Source: Vicugna vicugna (Eukaryota). Taken from it: a DNA stretch of 64,000 bases. Position numbers and translations under genes: made by a program. Shown here piece by piece: positions 13,110-25,900 of the stretch (positions are counted from its first letter, which is position 1; each line of letters begins with the position of its first letter). Below the pieces are notes generated by a model that saw only the letters and a program-made list of their open reading frames with translations, searched no databases and was not told where the DNA came from. The stretch covers positions 2,740,419-2,804,418 of the forward strand of contig MU058198.1 in assembly GCA_013265495.1 (NCBI GenBank), written 5' to 3'.

Positions 13110-13520
13110 TGTGAGGGACAGACTCTAAGGTGGTCCCAAATTCTCCCCAAGTCCTGATACTCATGCCATTGCATAATCTTCTTCTCTTGAGTGTGGGCAG
13201 GACCTGCAACTTACTTCTAAACAACAGTCTAGAGCCAAGATGACAGGACGTCACTCCCACGATTATATTACACAAGACTATGGTGTCTGTCTGGTTAGCA
13301 GACTGTCTTCCCTTGCTGGCTTTGATGGAACAAGTGGCTGGGCTGGGGAGGTCCATGTACAAAGATCTGAGGGCAGCTGATGGCCAACAAGGAGCTGGGA
13401 ACTGAAGGTAACTTCTGGCCAATGGCCTGCAAGAAACAGACCCTGAGTCTCACAGCCCATAATGACCTGAGTCCTACCAAAAACCACATGGGCTTGGAGG
13501 CTGGGACTAGGAGGAGGTCC
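13110..13520 (+). mobile_element. MaLR LTR fragment (MLT1E/F-like)
   Basis: tgtgagggacagactctaaggtggtccc...cttgagtgtgggcaggacctg...acttacttctaa. Confidence 0.7.
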
Positions 13521-14267
13521 TTACAGGTGACCAGAAACATAAAATAGGATTAGGCATTGACTGAGTACCAACTCAGTGCCAGATACTGTGTTCGATCTTA
13601 ATCTCCACTATGTAATTTAATCCTCTTAATAACTCCACAGTGTAGATATTCTTATAAGACTCAAGATCATGATTCAGGTTTGTCTGACTCTGAAGCTCTT
13701 CTCACTACGCTAGACTCCACATCATGTTTCCCCACGTGAATATAGAACTATTCAAGGATGCAGGCTGGCTGCAGCATCAGGAGCAAAATGGTCAAGCTCT
13801 GGGGCTAGGTTTCTGGTGAGATGCTGTGTGAGCACCGATTGGCTATCAAGGTGGACATAAAAAGGAGGAATTTGTGTGAGCCTCAAAAAACCCAGCCTAT
13901 GGCAGAGATGTACAGTCAGCTGCTCTAGCCTGGAACTGCTCATTGAGATTCTTGCTAGAGCTTTCTAACACTCTGCATTTCCTTATCTACGGATGAGATT
14001 GTCCTGTGTTAACCTGCACTCCATGTAGCAAGTTTGCTTTCCCCTCTTCTGTCTGTAGGATTTATGCAATTTGCCTCATCTCTTGGTGATGAGCCATAAA
14101 TGGATCCAATGCTCTTTTTCATGTTGAGTTTTGGAAGTCCTCTAGTATATCTGATACTTTTCTCATGCTTATGAATAAGCATTGCACATCCCAAGACTGC
14201 AGAGGGATAAGATAAATCCATCACATAGAACCACTGAGATCAAATGTCTCTAAAATCCATATTATAT

Positions 14268-14920
14268 TAGTTTATTCCACAAATATTTACTGAGCAGTTT
14301 CTATGTGCCAAGGACCATTCTAGATTCTGGGAATACATCAAGTGACTAGATGCTTTTAACATACCAAATAAACCAAACTAAGAAAGCACTTGCCCTCAAG
14401 GAGCTTACCTTCTTGCAGGGCAGGGGAGAAGTAACAAAGAGGAGACAAGGTCACAAAGGCAATGGGTGGGAAGAGCATGCGGGACCTTGGAGGCCATCAG
14501 AAGGACTTGGCTTTTCCTTTGAATGACACAGAGATCCACTGTAGGGCTTAGAGCAGAAGAGTGACATGATCTGACAGATCTTTTAGTAGGATCTGATGGC
14601 TGCTATGTTGAGAAGAGACTATAGTTAAGCAAGAATAGAGGCAGTGAGGTCATTAAGGAATCTAATGGAAAAATCCTGAGATGATGGTGGCTCAGACCAG
14701 GGTGATAGGAATAAAAGTGATGAGTAGTTGGATTTGGGGTGTATTTTGAAGGTGGAGCCAGTGGGATTTCCTGATGTACTGGATATGGGATGTAAGAGAA
14801 GGAGAGCAGTCAAGGTTGAGACGAGAAAGTCGAAGGCTGGAATCGCCTTTAACTAAGATGGGGAGGGCTGTGGAGGGAGCAATTGAGAAGGAAGATAGGG
14901 AGCTCAGACATTTGAAGGCT
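14268..14920 (-). mobile_element. L2 LINE fragments
   Basis: caaatatttactgagc...; gagtgacatgatctgac; tattttgaaggtggagcc...ggatttcctgatgtactggatatgg. Confidence 0.7.
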
Positions 14921-15399
14921 TATTTCCTATGCCTCTCATGATATTCTTCAATTAGTGGTTGGAGGTGATGGGAGCTGAGATGACTCAAAAGGGGGAACTG
15001 GGGATGTGTGCAGAGAAAGAGATGGGCTTTACCCATATAACCCTCTTCTGAGAATACTTCATGAGTAAGTTGCAAAGAATCCCATTGTACTGCTGCCATG
15101 ATGCTAATGGGTTTCATAAAGGCAACAAGGTTTCTTGAGAGTCTTAAAGCCATGCTGATCTCTGTCCTCTCTCCATAGACCCCTAGGGACTCTTTGCTAC
15201 TAAGCTGTGTCAAGGGTGCCACTGATGGAGCAAGTGCAGACTGAATGGGATTTGGGACAAAAGACCAAGACATATCAGGCACAATCTCAGGCACAGGGAC
15301 TAGAACTCAGATTCAGGTATAAAAGTGGTGGTCTTCTCTTGCTGGGAAGACTTGTAGTGCTCCCCCTTATCTGGTCCTTCTCTTCTCCTGGACACACCA

Positions 15400-15758
15400 G
15401 AGGATGGCACAGCTGTGCCCCCATGAAGTTGGGCAGGACCATGTGATTAGTTCTGAACAATGGACTGGAATGGAAGTGACATGTACCACTTCTGGGCCAA
15501 AGCACTTAACTGCCATGATGACCTTGTCCCTCTCTCTTTCCCTTGCTACGGTGACCAAGGGGGCCTCAGGGTTCTAGATGGTGCAGCAAGGAGATGACAG
15601 AGTCTCCATCATTCGGCCCCTCATGACTGTGTGGAGCAGAGGCGCTCACCAACCTTGCAGCATGTATACAATGAGAAGAAACTGTACCATGTTAAGCTAC
15701 CGAGATTCCAGAGTTAATATGTTACCACAGCAAAACCTAGGCTATCTTGACTAAAACA
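15400..15758 (+). mobile_element. MaLR LTR (MLT1H/J-like)
   Basis: ccatgtgattagttctg...ggaagtgacatgtaccacttctgggcc...gttaccacagcaaaacctaggctatcttgactaaaaca. Confidence 0.7.
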
Positions 15759-16311
15759 CCTCTTAAAGACAGAAGCAAATTACACCCTTACTCTATTTCC
15801 TCTTTCATCTTTTATCCTTTTAAGAAATATAAAAGCTGCTAAGATTCTTCTGATGCTCTTGATAATACATAAGTGTATCAAAACTCCCATCCTTCCTTCA
15901 TGGGAAGCCTCCCCACCCCCACCCAGAGTTAGATGAATTTTCCTTTCTGCTCCGCGACACTCTCATCACACCTCTATCAATGCACTTGCCACATTGTATT
16001 GAAATCATTTGTGTACGTCTGTCTCTCCCTCTAGACTGTGAATGTCAGAAGCCTCCTCTGTTTCTCTCTTAAAATTCGGGGGGAAATACACCAGAGGAAG
16101 GACAAACACAGATAAATGGCAGCTGCACGGAGGTTCTCCTCCACCTTTCTCTGGCAATGTTTTAGTTAAGGCTCCTTTGACTGTGGGGAACAGAAACCTA
16201 ATCTTGCGAGTTTGAGAAAGGAAATGTGTTGGAAGGGTAGAGTAGTTCTTGGAATCCAACGGAAAGATGAACAAGCAACTCAAGGAACTGCAGGAAGCAG
16301 GGCCGCCCTGG

Positions 16312-16889
16312 TGAAGGAGGATTAATAAAATGGCCACGCTTAGGCTAACAGGTTGCTTATTCTTATGCTTGTCCTTAGAACGGTCAACAAACCTGCCCCA
16401 CTGCTACCACAGCTCCAGGTCCATTGTCAAAACTAAAGCTATTGATCTTACTGTTTCTATTTTATTCCAGTAATTGAAAGTAATAATCATGCTTGGTCTC
16501 TGAGTCCTCCAGGGAGAAGGTCCCAGGACTGTAACCTTACAAAATAACCTCCGTTACCAAGAAGACCACGCCTTGAGGGCTTACGAGATAAAGAGATCTA
16601 ACTACTGGCCTCTCTAGAATTGGTCACCTGGAGGCATCATGACGCCATTCTAAGTCTCCTAATGAGAAAATGATTCTGTTGATGGTTACTGATGCTTTAC
16701 TGTTTGAGCCATGGCTGTATAACCACTCCACCCCATCCCCAAGGTGGGTTCACAGTTTTGAAGTCACCACCCTGCTGTGAGTCCCCTTTGCCCAGCAAAG
16801 CAATAAAATTGCCTCTTTTCTTCAGAGCTGCAAGACCTTGTCTCTGGCTTATTCGGCTCGTCAGGGACGGGGGCCGATTTTTGGCAACA
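16312..16889 (+). mobile_element. ERV1-type solo LTR, 578 bp, nested in an older MLT1 LTR
   Basis: TGAAGG...GGCAACA termini; perfect 4-bp TSD ctgg (16308-16311, 16890-16893); TATAA 16718-16722; AATAAA 16802-16807; retains CpGs. Confidence 0.85.
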
Positions 16890-18459
16890 CTGGGAAACTC
16901 AGTAACGTTGGTCCTCTCCAGCTTTGCCACGGCCCAACACAGCTTCCAACTCCCAGAGTCGATCCATCAGTTACATTTTTTCAGGAGACAGAATCCAGTT
17001 GGCCCAGCTGGGCTTAAGTGTCTCCCCTGACCCAATCCTCGATGGCTAGGAGAAGTGTCCTGCAGTAGAAACACGAGCTGTGGTTTTGCGATATGGGTGA
17101 TTCTCAGAGATAAGGGGCAGGCAAATCGTCTAATAGATGCTCATGTCAGGTGATATCTTGTCTAACCTTCCGAAAAAGCATCCACTTGCCTCATAGCTCT
17201 GGGGACTCTCTCTCAACTTGACACTTTCTGATAAATTCCAACCAAACGCCATTCCTGGAGTCCCAAATCACCCTGAACTTCTGCATAAATTACCTGGACA
17301 CACAATCTCTTTCTAGATACCAGAAAGGGCACAAGAGTTTGGGCGATCTTGTTGGCCCTTATCTGGCTGCTCTGTTGCCACAGTTGCTCTTCTCCTGGAT
17401 GGTTCTCAACATCCAGGGCCCTGGGCTCCACGCGTGGGCTTTATCAGCCCCAGTTGAGGCTGATCACTCAGCCAAGCTTGACTATTAGCTGGGAACTGAC
17501 AGTGAGCTTCCCCATAGGAGGTCCATAGAAAGTTGTTGTTCAGTGAAACTAAAAGGGGTTACTCGAAGCTAGATTGTGTCTCCCCTTACCAGCCTTTTCT
17601 GGAGTGGGAAACCGGAAGCAAACGGGAGCCCTCGGGGAGGAGAGTGTGCAGCATCAATTCTGGAAACAGATCAAGCCCCCACCCCCAACACCCTCCAAGT
17701 CCTGGCCATTCTTTCTCATTTATTCCTTCATCCATCTGTTCAACAAGTATTTCTGGGGACTTACTAGGCCAAGTACGTTCCTAGGTTTAGGGGTATTAAA
17801 ATGAAAAAGACCTTATCTTGCCATTAGCTTAGGTCTAGCTGGGAGGATGAAGGCATTGAAACAGATAACTGAATTCCTGGGCAATAAAACAGGCAGTGAC
17901 ATGTTATTAAAGGAACGTGCATTGTGGAGAGGCCTCAATATGAATGCTGCCTCCACCGCTTCCTAGACACATGACCTTGGACAAGTTATTTGAACTTTCT
18001 GGATATTTGTTGCCTTATGACAAAAGAAGGTAAAAAAAAAATCATGTCAGTTTTTCAGTCTTGTATCAGTTATAATATGTAAAGTGTCTAATATATAACA
18101 GGTTGCCAAAAAATAGTAATTATTAATATCATTACAAAATCCAGGATTTTTAAAACCTGCTTATGCTTTTGGCATAATTTCTAGGTTCTATGACATTGTC
18201 TGGCACATAGTAAGTCCTCAATAAACTACAACATTATCTGGCACATAGTTAAGTCCCCCCCCCAAATATTTTTTGAATAAGGGAATGAATGAATGAACCC
18301 TTTTATCTCTTGTGCACTTATCTCCGACTAGGCATTAGTGTTTGTATCTGTAAAATATCTTTCAATGTAAAGAAACACAGTACAATATAGAAGCTAAGAC
18401 CTTCCTCGGTCTTTGATGTTAGAAATACGTGTGTTCTAAGCCTTGCAGTGAATCAGGGC

Positions 18460-18870
18460 TCTGGTCCTAGAGGCAGAACCTGTAAAGGGGCTTCTTGTGC
18501 AAGTGATGGGATTGTTCTCAGGAGAAACTTGTAAGAAAGTAAGGGAGGCAGGATAAAGCAGAATAAGTAACTAGATAAAGAGGTGGTTTCTAGGGCACCA
18601 GTCTGGCCTCAGTTGCAATCCTGCAGAGAGCTCTGGAGTATGAGTTGCAGCAGTCAGTACTGTCTTCAAGAAAGGGGACTGGCTTTTGTTTTCCCAACAT
18701 CTGTCAGCTATTGGCCGCAGGTGGCCCTAGGAGGAGCGTCATAATCTCTGCAGCATCTCTAGGCAGGGTGGCTCCCGTTGACTTCAAGAAGCTTGTCAGT
18801 ATGAGGCCGTAGCATCAAGATTCGGAGCTGGGTGCTGTAGAGGGAGCCCGGCGGGGGACCAAGGGCATAT
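18460..18870 (-). mobile_element. ERVL LTR (LTR16-like)
   Basis: cctagaggcagaacctg...tgtgcaagtga...caggagaaacttgtaag; similar to the 9422-9850 element. Confidence 0.5.
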
Positions 18871-18912
18871 GCTGTAGGCCTATAAGTACCTTCATTAAAA
18901 ATGAGGCCCCTA

Positions 18913-19260
18913 GCAATGAAATTACTCTGCATGATACTACAGTGGTGGCTACGTGTCATTATGCATTTGTCATAACCCAAAGAATGCACAACATCAAGAG
19001 TGAACCCTAAAGTAAACTAGGGACTTTGGTTGATAATAATGTGTCCATGCTGGTTCATCGATTGTACCAAATGTGCTACATGATGAGGGGTGTTGAGAGT
19101 AGGGGAGTATATATGTGTGGGTGGGGAGGGCTGTGTGTGAACTCTCTGTATTTTCTGCTCGATTCTGCTGTGAACCTGAAACTGCTCTAAAAAAAAAAAG
19201 TCTATTAACAAAAAAAAAAAAAAAAAAAAGGAAAGAAAGAAAGAAAGGAAAAAAGGGAGA
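18913..19260 (+). mobile_element. L1MC-type 3' end with A-rich tail
   Basis: caagagtgaaccctaaagtaaacta...gaactctctgtattttctgctc...ctgtgaacctgaaactgctctaaaa...gtctatt followed by an A-run. Confidence 0.8.
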
Positions 19261-19430
19261 TAAAAGATATTCTATGTACAATTAAATAAAATGTGAGTAC
19301 AAAATGCTTCTGTTCTATGTGACTCAAGTTTAAAAGTAACAAAGACATAAGTGGACAATATAAAATATTTTTTAATTTCCAGGAATTAAATATAAAAATG
19401 TGACTATATATTTTTAAAATGAGGCCCCTA

Positions 19431-19790
19431 CAATTTATGACACATGAGGGAACTGAGGGATCAAGAGCTTAAAAAACTCATCTGAGATTATCTAGCTGTA
19501 AGTAAAATGTGAGTCCTAACAACCACTATGTGTTCCTAAAAATACGTCATTATTTAAGTCACCATGTGCTTGGTGGTGAAATAAATGCTTTACATGCGCT
19601 GTGTCATTTACTGCTCATAACAAACCTACAGGGTAACTAATCTTATTATCTCCAAATTAAAATGAGGAAACACATGCTAGCAGAGATTAGGGAACTAGCC
19701 CCAAATCACATTACTAGCATGGTGTGGTCGGGACTTAAAATCAGGTACAGCAGACTCCAAAACCAAAGAATCTTAACCACAACTCTATGG
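19431..19790 (-). mobile_element. MIR fragments
   Basis: atgagggaactgagg and aatgaggaaaca...cagagattagggaactagcccc cores. Confidence 0.6.
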
Positions 19791-21442
19791 AAATGCTATA
19801 AGGTATTAATGTTTATTCCTCTCCCCACAAATTTCCCTTTCCCTCCCCCTATTTCTTTCCCTCTATTCAAATCAGGGAGCAATCTCTGTGCTTCCCTCAT
19901 GGGACATTTGTAGAGGAGTGGAAATCAGAAAAGAGGGCTTCCTTTTGGTCTTTCCCCCCCAAAAGCAGAAGCCTTTAGGGAAGAGGGACTTAAGACCCCA
20001 AATTGTATTGGCTTGAAGAAATGGGAAGATGCTGTTTGTCCCATTAGACTTAGGGTCTGTTACCCTGGAGAAGAAAGGAAAGAATAAGCAGCAAGATGAA
20101 GAAGGAAGAGAGAGAAGAGGTTGGGGAAGCTGAGGGGAGAGGATTTTGGATCCTTGAGCAGCAGAGATGAACCTTACTTCCCAGCAGCACTGCTGGGAGA
20201 GATCACAAAGTCTCAGGGAAGAAAGGCTGTGTGATGACGCTTCTTGGTAGATGAGACCACAGGAAGCCTCACAAAGACTCTTCCTCTCCAAGCATTACAA
20301 AGAAGCATAAAGAGGGAGTGGATGAAAAAGAAGCCATGCAGACAAGGACAATGGATGCATCAGCGGCAACCTGAGTAGATCCAGGAAGACGGAGAACCAA
20401 ATGCAGCCACTCTTTGGGTAAAAGTCATGTATGTGACTGACCCCAGGAGGGAGCACAGCTAAACTTTTTCTACAGATCAGGATAGAGATCCTGCAGTCAG
20501 ATCATCAAGTTGAACTGGGCAGGCGGGGGAGAGACACAAAAACTATTTATTGCACATCTAAGTTTGAATTTCTAAATGTGTGCCTATGACAAAGAGGAAA
20601 AGAATTAGCCTTGGGGAATGTGGAGACAGGGGCCTGCGTTATGGTGAGTGGAGAGAAGTCTCCTGTCCCCAGGTCAGCATGGCTGGCCACTGAAGTGCAA
20701 ACCCGTACTTATCTATTGGGGTGGTTCTACCCACTGTCCCTACCAGGATGGTGGGAGGTATTGAAAATTGAGATCTAAATAAGTAAAGCTAGAACTCTGA
20801 TAGGATTACTGCCTCAATGAAAAGGGGTTTAGAAAAATTGTACCCATCAGCCCAGGGAAGCAAATTGGGGAATCTGTCAATAACCAGGTTGGAAAATTAC
20901 AAAGTCGGCTCAACCACCTGATGGTGATGTTAAAAATCAAATTTACACCACTGATACCTGGATTTCCAAAGTGGTAAATTCACATTAAAGGCTTGTTCTT
21001 GGCTAGTAAAAACCCCAGGGTTCCCCAGATACAAATGCAAAAACTACTCTGTAATAACATTAACATAACACTAGGGTCCATGGGATTTCTGTGGTATAAA
21101 CAACCCCACTAGGATCTCATTAAAAAACTACAAATCGTAGGAAGAAATTGTTCACCATGAGGAAGAGTCAGCAGGCACCACAAACAATAACATGAGCAAT
21201 TCCAAGAACATCAGGTAGCAGAATGGCAATCTGAAAGACACAAGAAGTCCATTTAAAATTTTAAAGAGATTTAAAAAAAAATAGAAATCATCCTGATGGA
21301 ACAGAATACTGTGAAAATCTTAACAAGCAGATTTGAAAGAGAATCAAATAGAATGTCTGCCAATAAAAAATGCAGTCACAGAAAATAAAACCTCAATAAA
21401 CAAGTGAGACAGCAATTTAAACACCACTAAAAAGAGAAATGA

Positions 21443-21716
21443 AGAAGACAAACTTACGGTTACCAGGAGGGAAGGGGGTGGGAAGGGATAAACTGGGAGT
21501 TTGAAATTTGTGACTAACTACTTTATATAAATTAGATAAACAGTAAGTTTCTACTATATAGCACAGGGAACTATGTTCAATATGTTGCAGTAACCTATAA
21601 TGAAAAAGAATATGAAAATGAATATATGTATGTGTATGTATGACTGAGCTATTATGCTGTACACCAGAAATCGACACAACATTGTAAAAGGGCTATACTT
21701 CAATAAAAGAAGAAAA
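21443..21716 (+). mobile_element. Young lineage L1 3' UTR (cetartiodactyl type)
   Basis: tatagcacagggaacta...caatat...gtaacctataatgaaaaagaatatgaaaa...tacttcaataaaa. Confidence 0.8.
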
Positions 21717-21955
21717 ATTTTGAAGGAAAAGATAGAGCTGAGAGTATTACCTCGTATAGAGATCACATAGAAGAAGAAATGGCTTACAAAATGTGAGAAG
21801 AGTTCCAGAAGGAAAGGATTGAGAGAAAGGAAAACAGGCAATATTCATTGAGAATTTTCAGAATTTGGGAAGCACCTTAGTTCTGAACAGGATAAATAAA
21901 CTTATACCCACATCTGGACACATCAAGTTGAAACTGAAAAATAACAAAAGGACAA

Positions 21956-22118
21956 CAAGTTCATACCATATAGCACAGGGAACTATATTCAATATCTTGT
22001 AGTAACTTATGATGAAAAAGCATATGAAAATGAATACATATATATGTTCCTATATGACTGAAGTACACCAGAAATTGACACACTATTGTAAACTGACCAT
22101 ATTTTAATAAAAATATAA
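21956..22118 (+). mobile_element. Young L1 3' end, 5'-truncated
   Basis: Same 3' UTR text; TSD aaaaggacaa (21946-21955, 22119-22128). Confidence 0.8.
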
Positions 22119-22761
22119 AAAAGGACAAAGCAAGTATTAAAGACAATGAAATTAGCAAAAGGAAAAAACAGATTGATAGCCCCAACAGAAGCCCAGAACA
22201 ATGGAACAGTCCCTTCAAACTTCTGAACAAGAAAATCATCAATCTGGAATTTTATACTCAGTTTAAATATCAATAATGAAGATAATAAAAAGACATCTCC
22301 AGACAGAAAAGACAGAGAGAGTTTAATGCTCCCAGGGATGCACTGCTGTAAAAAGATACTGAATACAGAATGAAGGAGTAGGGTACCAGTAGCATTACTG
22401 AGCAAACAAACTGAGGATATCGGTGGGTAAAGCAAGCATTTCTCCAAAAAAATTGTAATTCATATTGGGAGAGAAGATGAACAAGGTGGAAATAAAATAA
22501 ACCAGGCAACAAAAATGAGTCAGATGAAAGGAAAGTGATAAGAGTTAAAGTTTTCTAAGGTCTTGATAACATTCTGGAGAAAAGTAGATACAGTACAGAG
22601 AAAAAAAATGCATGTTAAAACTTAAGATAAACTACTAAAAGAACAGAAATAAAATGTATAACTTCCAAAACAGTGGAGAGGAAAGAACAGCTAATTAATT
22701 CCATATAAAAAAAGGAAATAGAAACTGTATAGAATATATAAGACAAAAATCACAAAATAAG

Positions 22762-22962
22762 GAGGGGGAGGGTATAGCTCAGTGGTAGAGCACGTGCTTA
22801 GCATGCACGAGGTCCTGGGTTCAATCTCCAGTACCTCCATTAATAAGTAAATAAATAAATAAGTAAACCTAATGACCTCTCCCCACTCCCCCCCAAAAAA
22901 GGAAGTTTAAAAAAAAAAAGAAAAAAAGAGATAATAGCTGAGAATTTTTTTTTAACGACAAA
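22762..22962 (+). mobile_element. tRNA-Ala-derived SINE (camelid vic-1-like)
   Basis: gagggtatagctcagtggtagagcacgtgcttagcatgcacgaggtcctgggttcaatctccagtacctcca with A and B boxes, A-rich and C-rich tail; 17-bp TSD aaaaatcacaaaataag (22745-22761, 22963-22979). Confidence 0.88.
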
Positions 22963-25900
22963 AAAAATCACAAAATAAGATGGTCAAGATGAATCCAAAT
23001 GTGCAATCACAATAAATGTAAATGGATCATTGTCATCACTTAACACAGGGATTCTTGCATTGGATTTAAAAATGTATCTATATGCTATTTATTAGAGATA
23101 TACCTTAAAAAGGAATTTTTGAAAGTAATGGGATTAGAGAAGATATCCCAGACAAATACTAATGAAAAGAACTCTGGTGTATTGATAGTAGAATTAGATA
23201 AAATATTATTTAAGACAAAGAAGCATAATTAGGGATAAAAAGACCATTATATAATTTTTAAAGGGAGAACTCACCAGTAAAATACAAATACCTGAACATA
23301 TATTCAACTAATAATACAGCTTCAAAACATACAAAGCAAGCATGAGATAATGACAGAAGAATTTGACAAATCTACAATCACTGAGGGAGATTTTAATAAA
23401 CGTTTGTCAGAAACTGATGCATAAAAGGAAATAAAAAATGAGGAGATTGCTGTTTTGAACATCACAGCTAATAAGCTTAGTCTAATGAGCATGCTCAGGA
23501 TATAAAACCTAGAAACCGGAATATAATCTTGTTAAGCACTCATAGAATAATTAAATATTTCCAAGGCTACAAAGAAAGCTTCAAAAAATATCAAAGAATT
23601 AATATCATGTAGACCACTTCCTTGATGGTGTAATAAAATTGGAAAAGAAGGGCAGAAAACCAGTCCAACCCTCTCTCCATTCCATCGGGAAGCTATTACA
23701 CTTTTCAACAATTCATTGTGTCGAAGAAGAAATCTGATGAAAATTAAAAAGTATTTAAACATGAACAACAATGAAAAACACTTCCTATTAAAACATTGCA
23801 GATACTGATTCTAAGAATTCATATGGAAGAATAAAATGTCAAGTTCAATAGAAGTGGGGGAAATGCAAATTGAAATAGCAATGAGATTATTTTACACCTA
23901 TCGGCGTGGCAAAAATTCTGAGAAAAAGTCTGACAATGACAGGCATTGGCAAACACATGAGTTGATGGAAACCTGCAAGCCTGCTGCTCGTGGTGTAAAC
24001 ACTAGAGTGGTTCTGAAGCATCGAGAGAAACGAGCACCTGCTTGCCCCCCAAATCAGTAACGTCTAGGCATATGCTCTGGATTGGCCAGCATCCATTCGA
24101 ACGGGGTCAAGTCAAAAAAGTCCTGAACAGTCTTCAAAGTAAAATAATAAGGAAATACTGAAAGGCATTACACACAGTAAGATTAGGTCTTGCTTTTGTA
24201 AAAATTGTGTGTGTGTTGGTGGCAATGCAAAGGTATGCTTTCTGGGGGTCGGTTGCAGTAAAAAAAAAAAAAAAAGGAAATTAACAGATGCTGTCCTAAA
24301 GAAACTCACGTTTATACACAAGGAGGTAGAGAGGAGCGTGTTCACTGCAGTGTTGTTTGTAATAGTGAACACTGAACACAGCCTCAAGTGCAGTGAATAA
24401 AGTATTCCTCAACTTAGGGGAAATACTCTCCTGCAGTTGAAATAATGTAGGTCTACATTTTTCAACACTGAGAAATCTCAAAATCATAATGTTGAAGACA
24501 TGGAGAGCAGGCCATCATTTCTCCAAATTATTGAAGATGCCTCCGTAGATAGTAAAAGTCCTGAAATATTCACGGGAAGGATATATCCCAGCTTCAGGAT
24601 GTGTTTACGTCTGAGGAGGAAGGTTGGGAGGGGACTCAGATGAAGTGCACACGTGGAGGAAGGGTACCTTGTTTTACCTGTGACTTGCTACATGCAAACA
24701 AATCGAAGTAAACATACGAAAATGTGAACACCTGTATAATTTAGGTGCCAGGTACACAGATGCCTGTTATTTACTGTAGGCCTGACACGGTTCACAAATG
24801 AAATTTTAAAAATTAAAATGACCACAATAAAAAAGTACCTTCAGAGCATCGCTTACCCAGCAGAGACTCCCAAACCACAGGGCCAGCTGAAGGGCTGGAG
24901 GACTTGGCTGTTTGGAAGGGGACGCTTGCTGGCATTTAACTTGGGAGCAGGGAGACAGAATGTAAATTTCCATCACACACTCCGACGAAATCAATAGAGG
25001 TAATTTCCTGATTCAAACCCAGAGAGGTGCACAAAACCACCCAGATCTACAGAGAACAATCCACATAGAGAGGGAGCTCCGGGGGTGATTCGGGGCCTGA
25101 ATTATTCAACATCTGCCTGACGGCCCCATTACTTGGGCTTCAGCTGGGGTGTGATGGAGAAGCACGAATTCACGGCTGGACCGGCCTCAGATGCTCTGAC
25201 AACAACAGACCCGTGATGAATGATAATTGTGTTTTCTCTACATCAGTGTATGGAAATCTGTTTATAGATCTGGATTACAAATTCGGGAAGCTTCATGTGT
25301 CTAATGATTTTTTCGCTGATCTTAAAGGGCTCTGTACTATTTCAACCATGACTGTGCCGAAATTCTGGGCATGGTGGAATTCACTTCTGCGATTAAGAAA
25401 GTCTTGAAATGTCACTTCTTCTACCCACTCCCCAATTCCTTTTTTTATTCAGAAAAATAAGAGTGGGAAAGGGAAAAGGCCAGCCTTTGGGAAAAGACTT
25501 TACAGAATGGCTATTTTTCTCTCCTAGGTTTATAGGAGACCAGTCATTCCAAATTTCATAACTGAAATCCCTGTCGGGCAGAGGGCGGTCCAAAAGGTCT
25601 CATTTGTGCCTCTCTAAGACCGAAGTAACTGGCCATGAAGTTCAGTCCTAACAGGATTAAAAAAAAGAAAACAGCGGCCAGTGGACGGCTACAAAATCAA
25701 AAGGTGCTGAGTGACATACACATTAGAAAAAGAAAATTGAATTAGCAGTGACATTTTTTGGCCTGAGGCCTTTTTTGGGGGATGGGGAGGCTGTGGGAAA
25801 AGAGACAAACTTTGATCTACTCTACTCAGAAGCCGACGAAGACATCAAGGCCAGAATCCTGCCTCTAATCTTATTTGTTATTTCCAGACTGTATTCCCTG

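Larger units (their letters stand above)
20940..24810 (+). mobile_element. Long degenerate old L1 (ORF1/ORF2/3' UTR remnants) hosting younger insertions
   Basis: A-rich sense L1 text, e.g. aataaatgtaaatgga (endonuclease NVNG region), ttgacaaatctacaatc...ggagattttaa (GDFN region), gaaatgcaaattgaaa. Confidence 0.65.
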
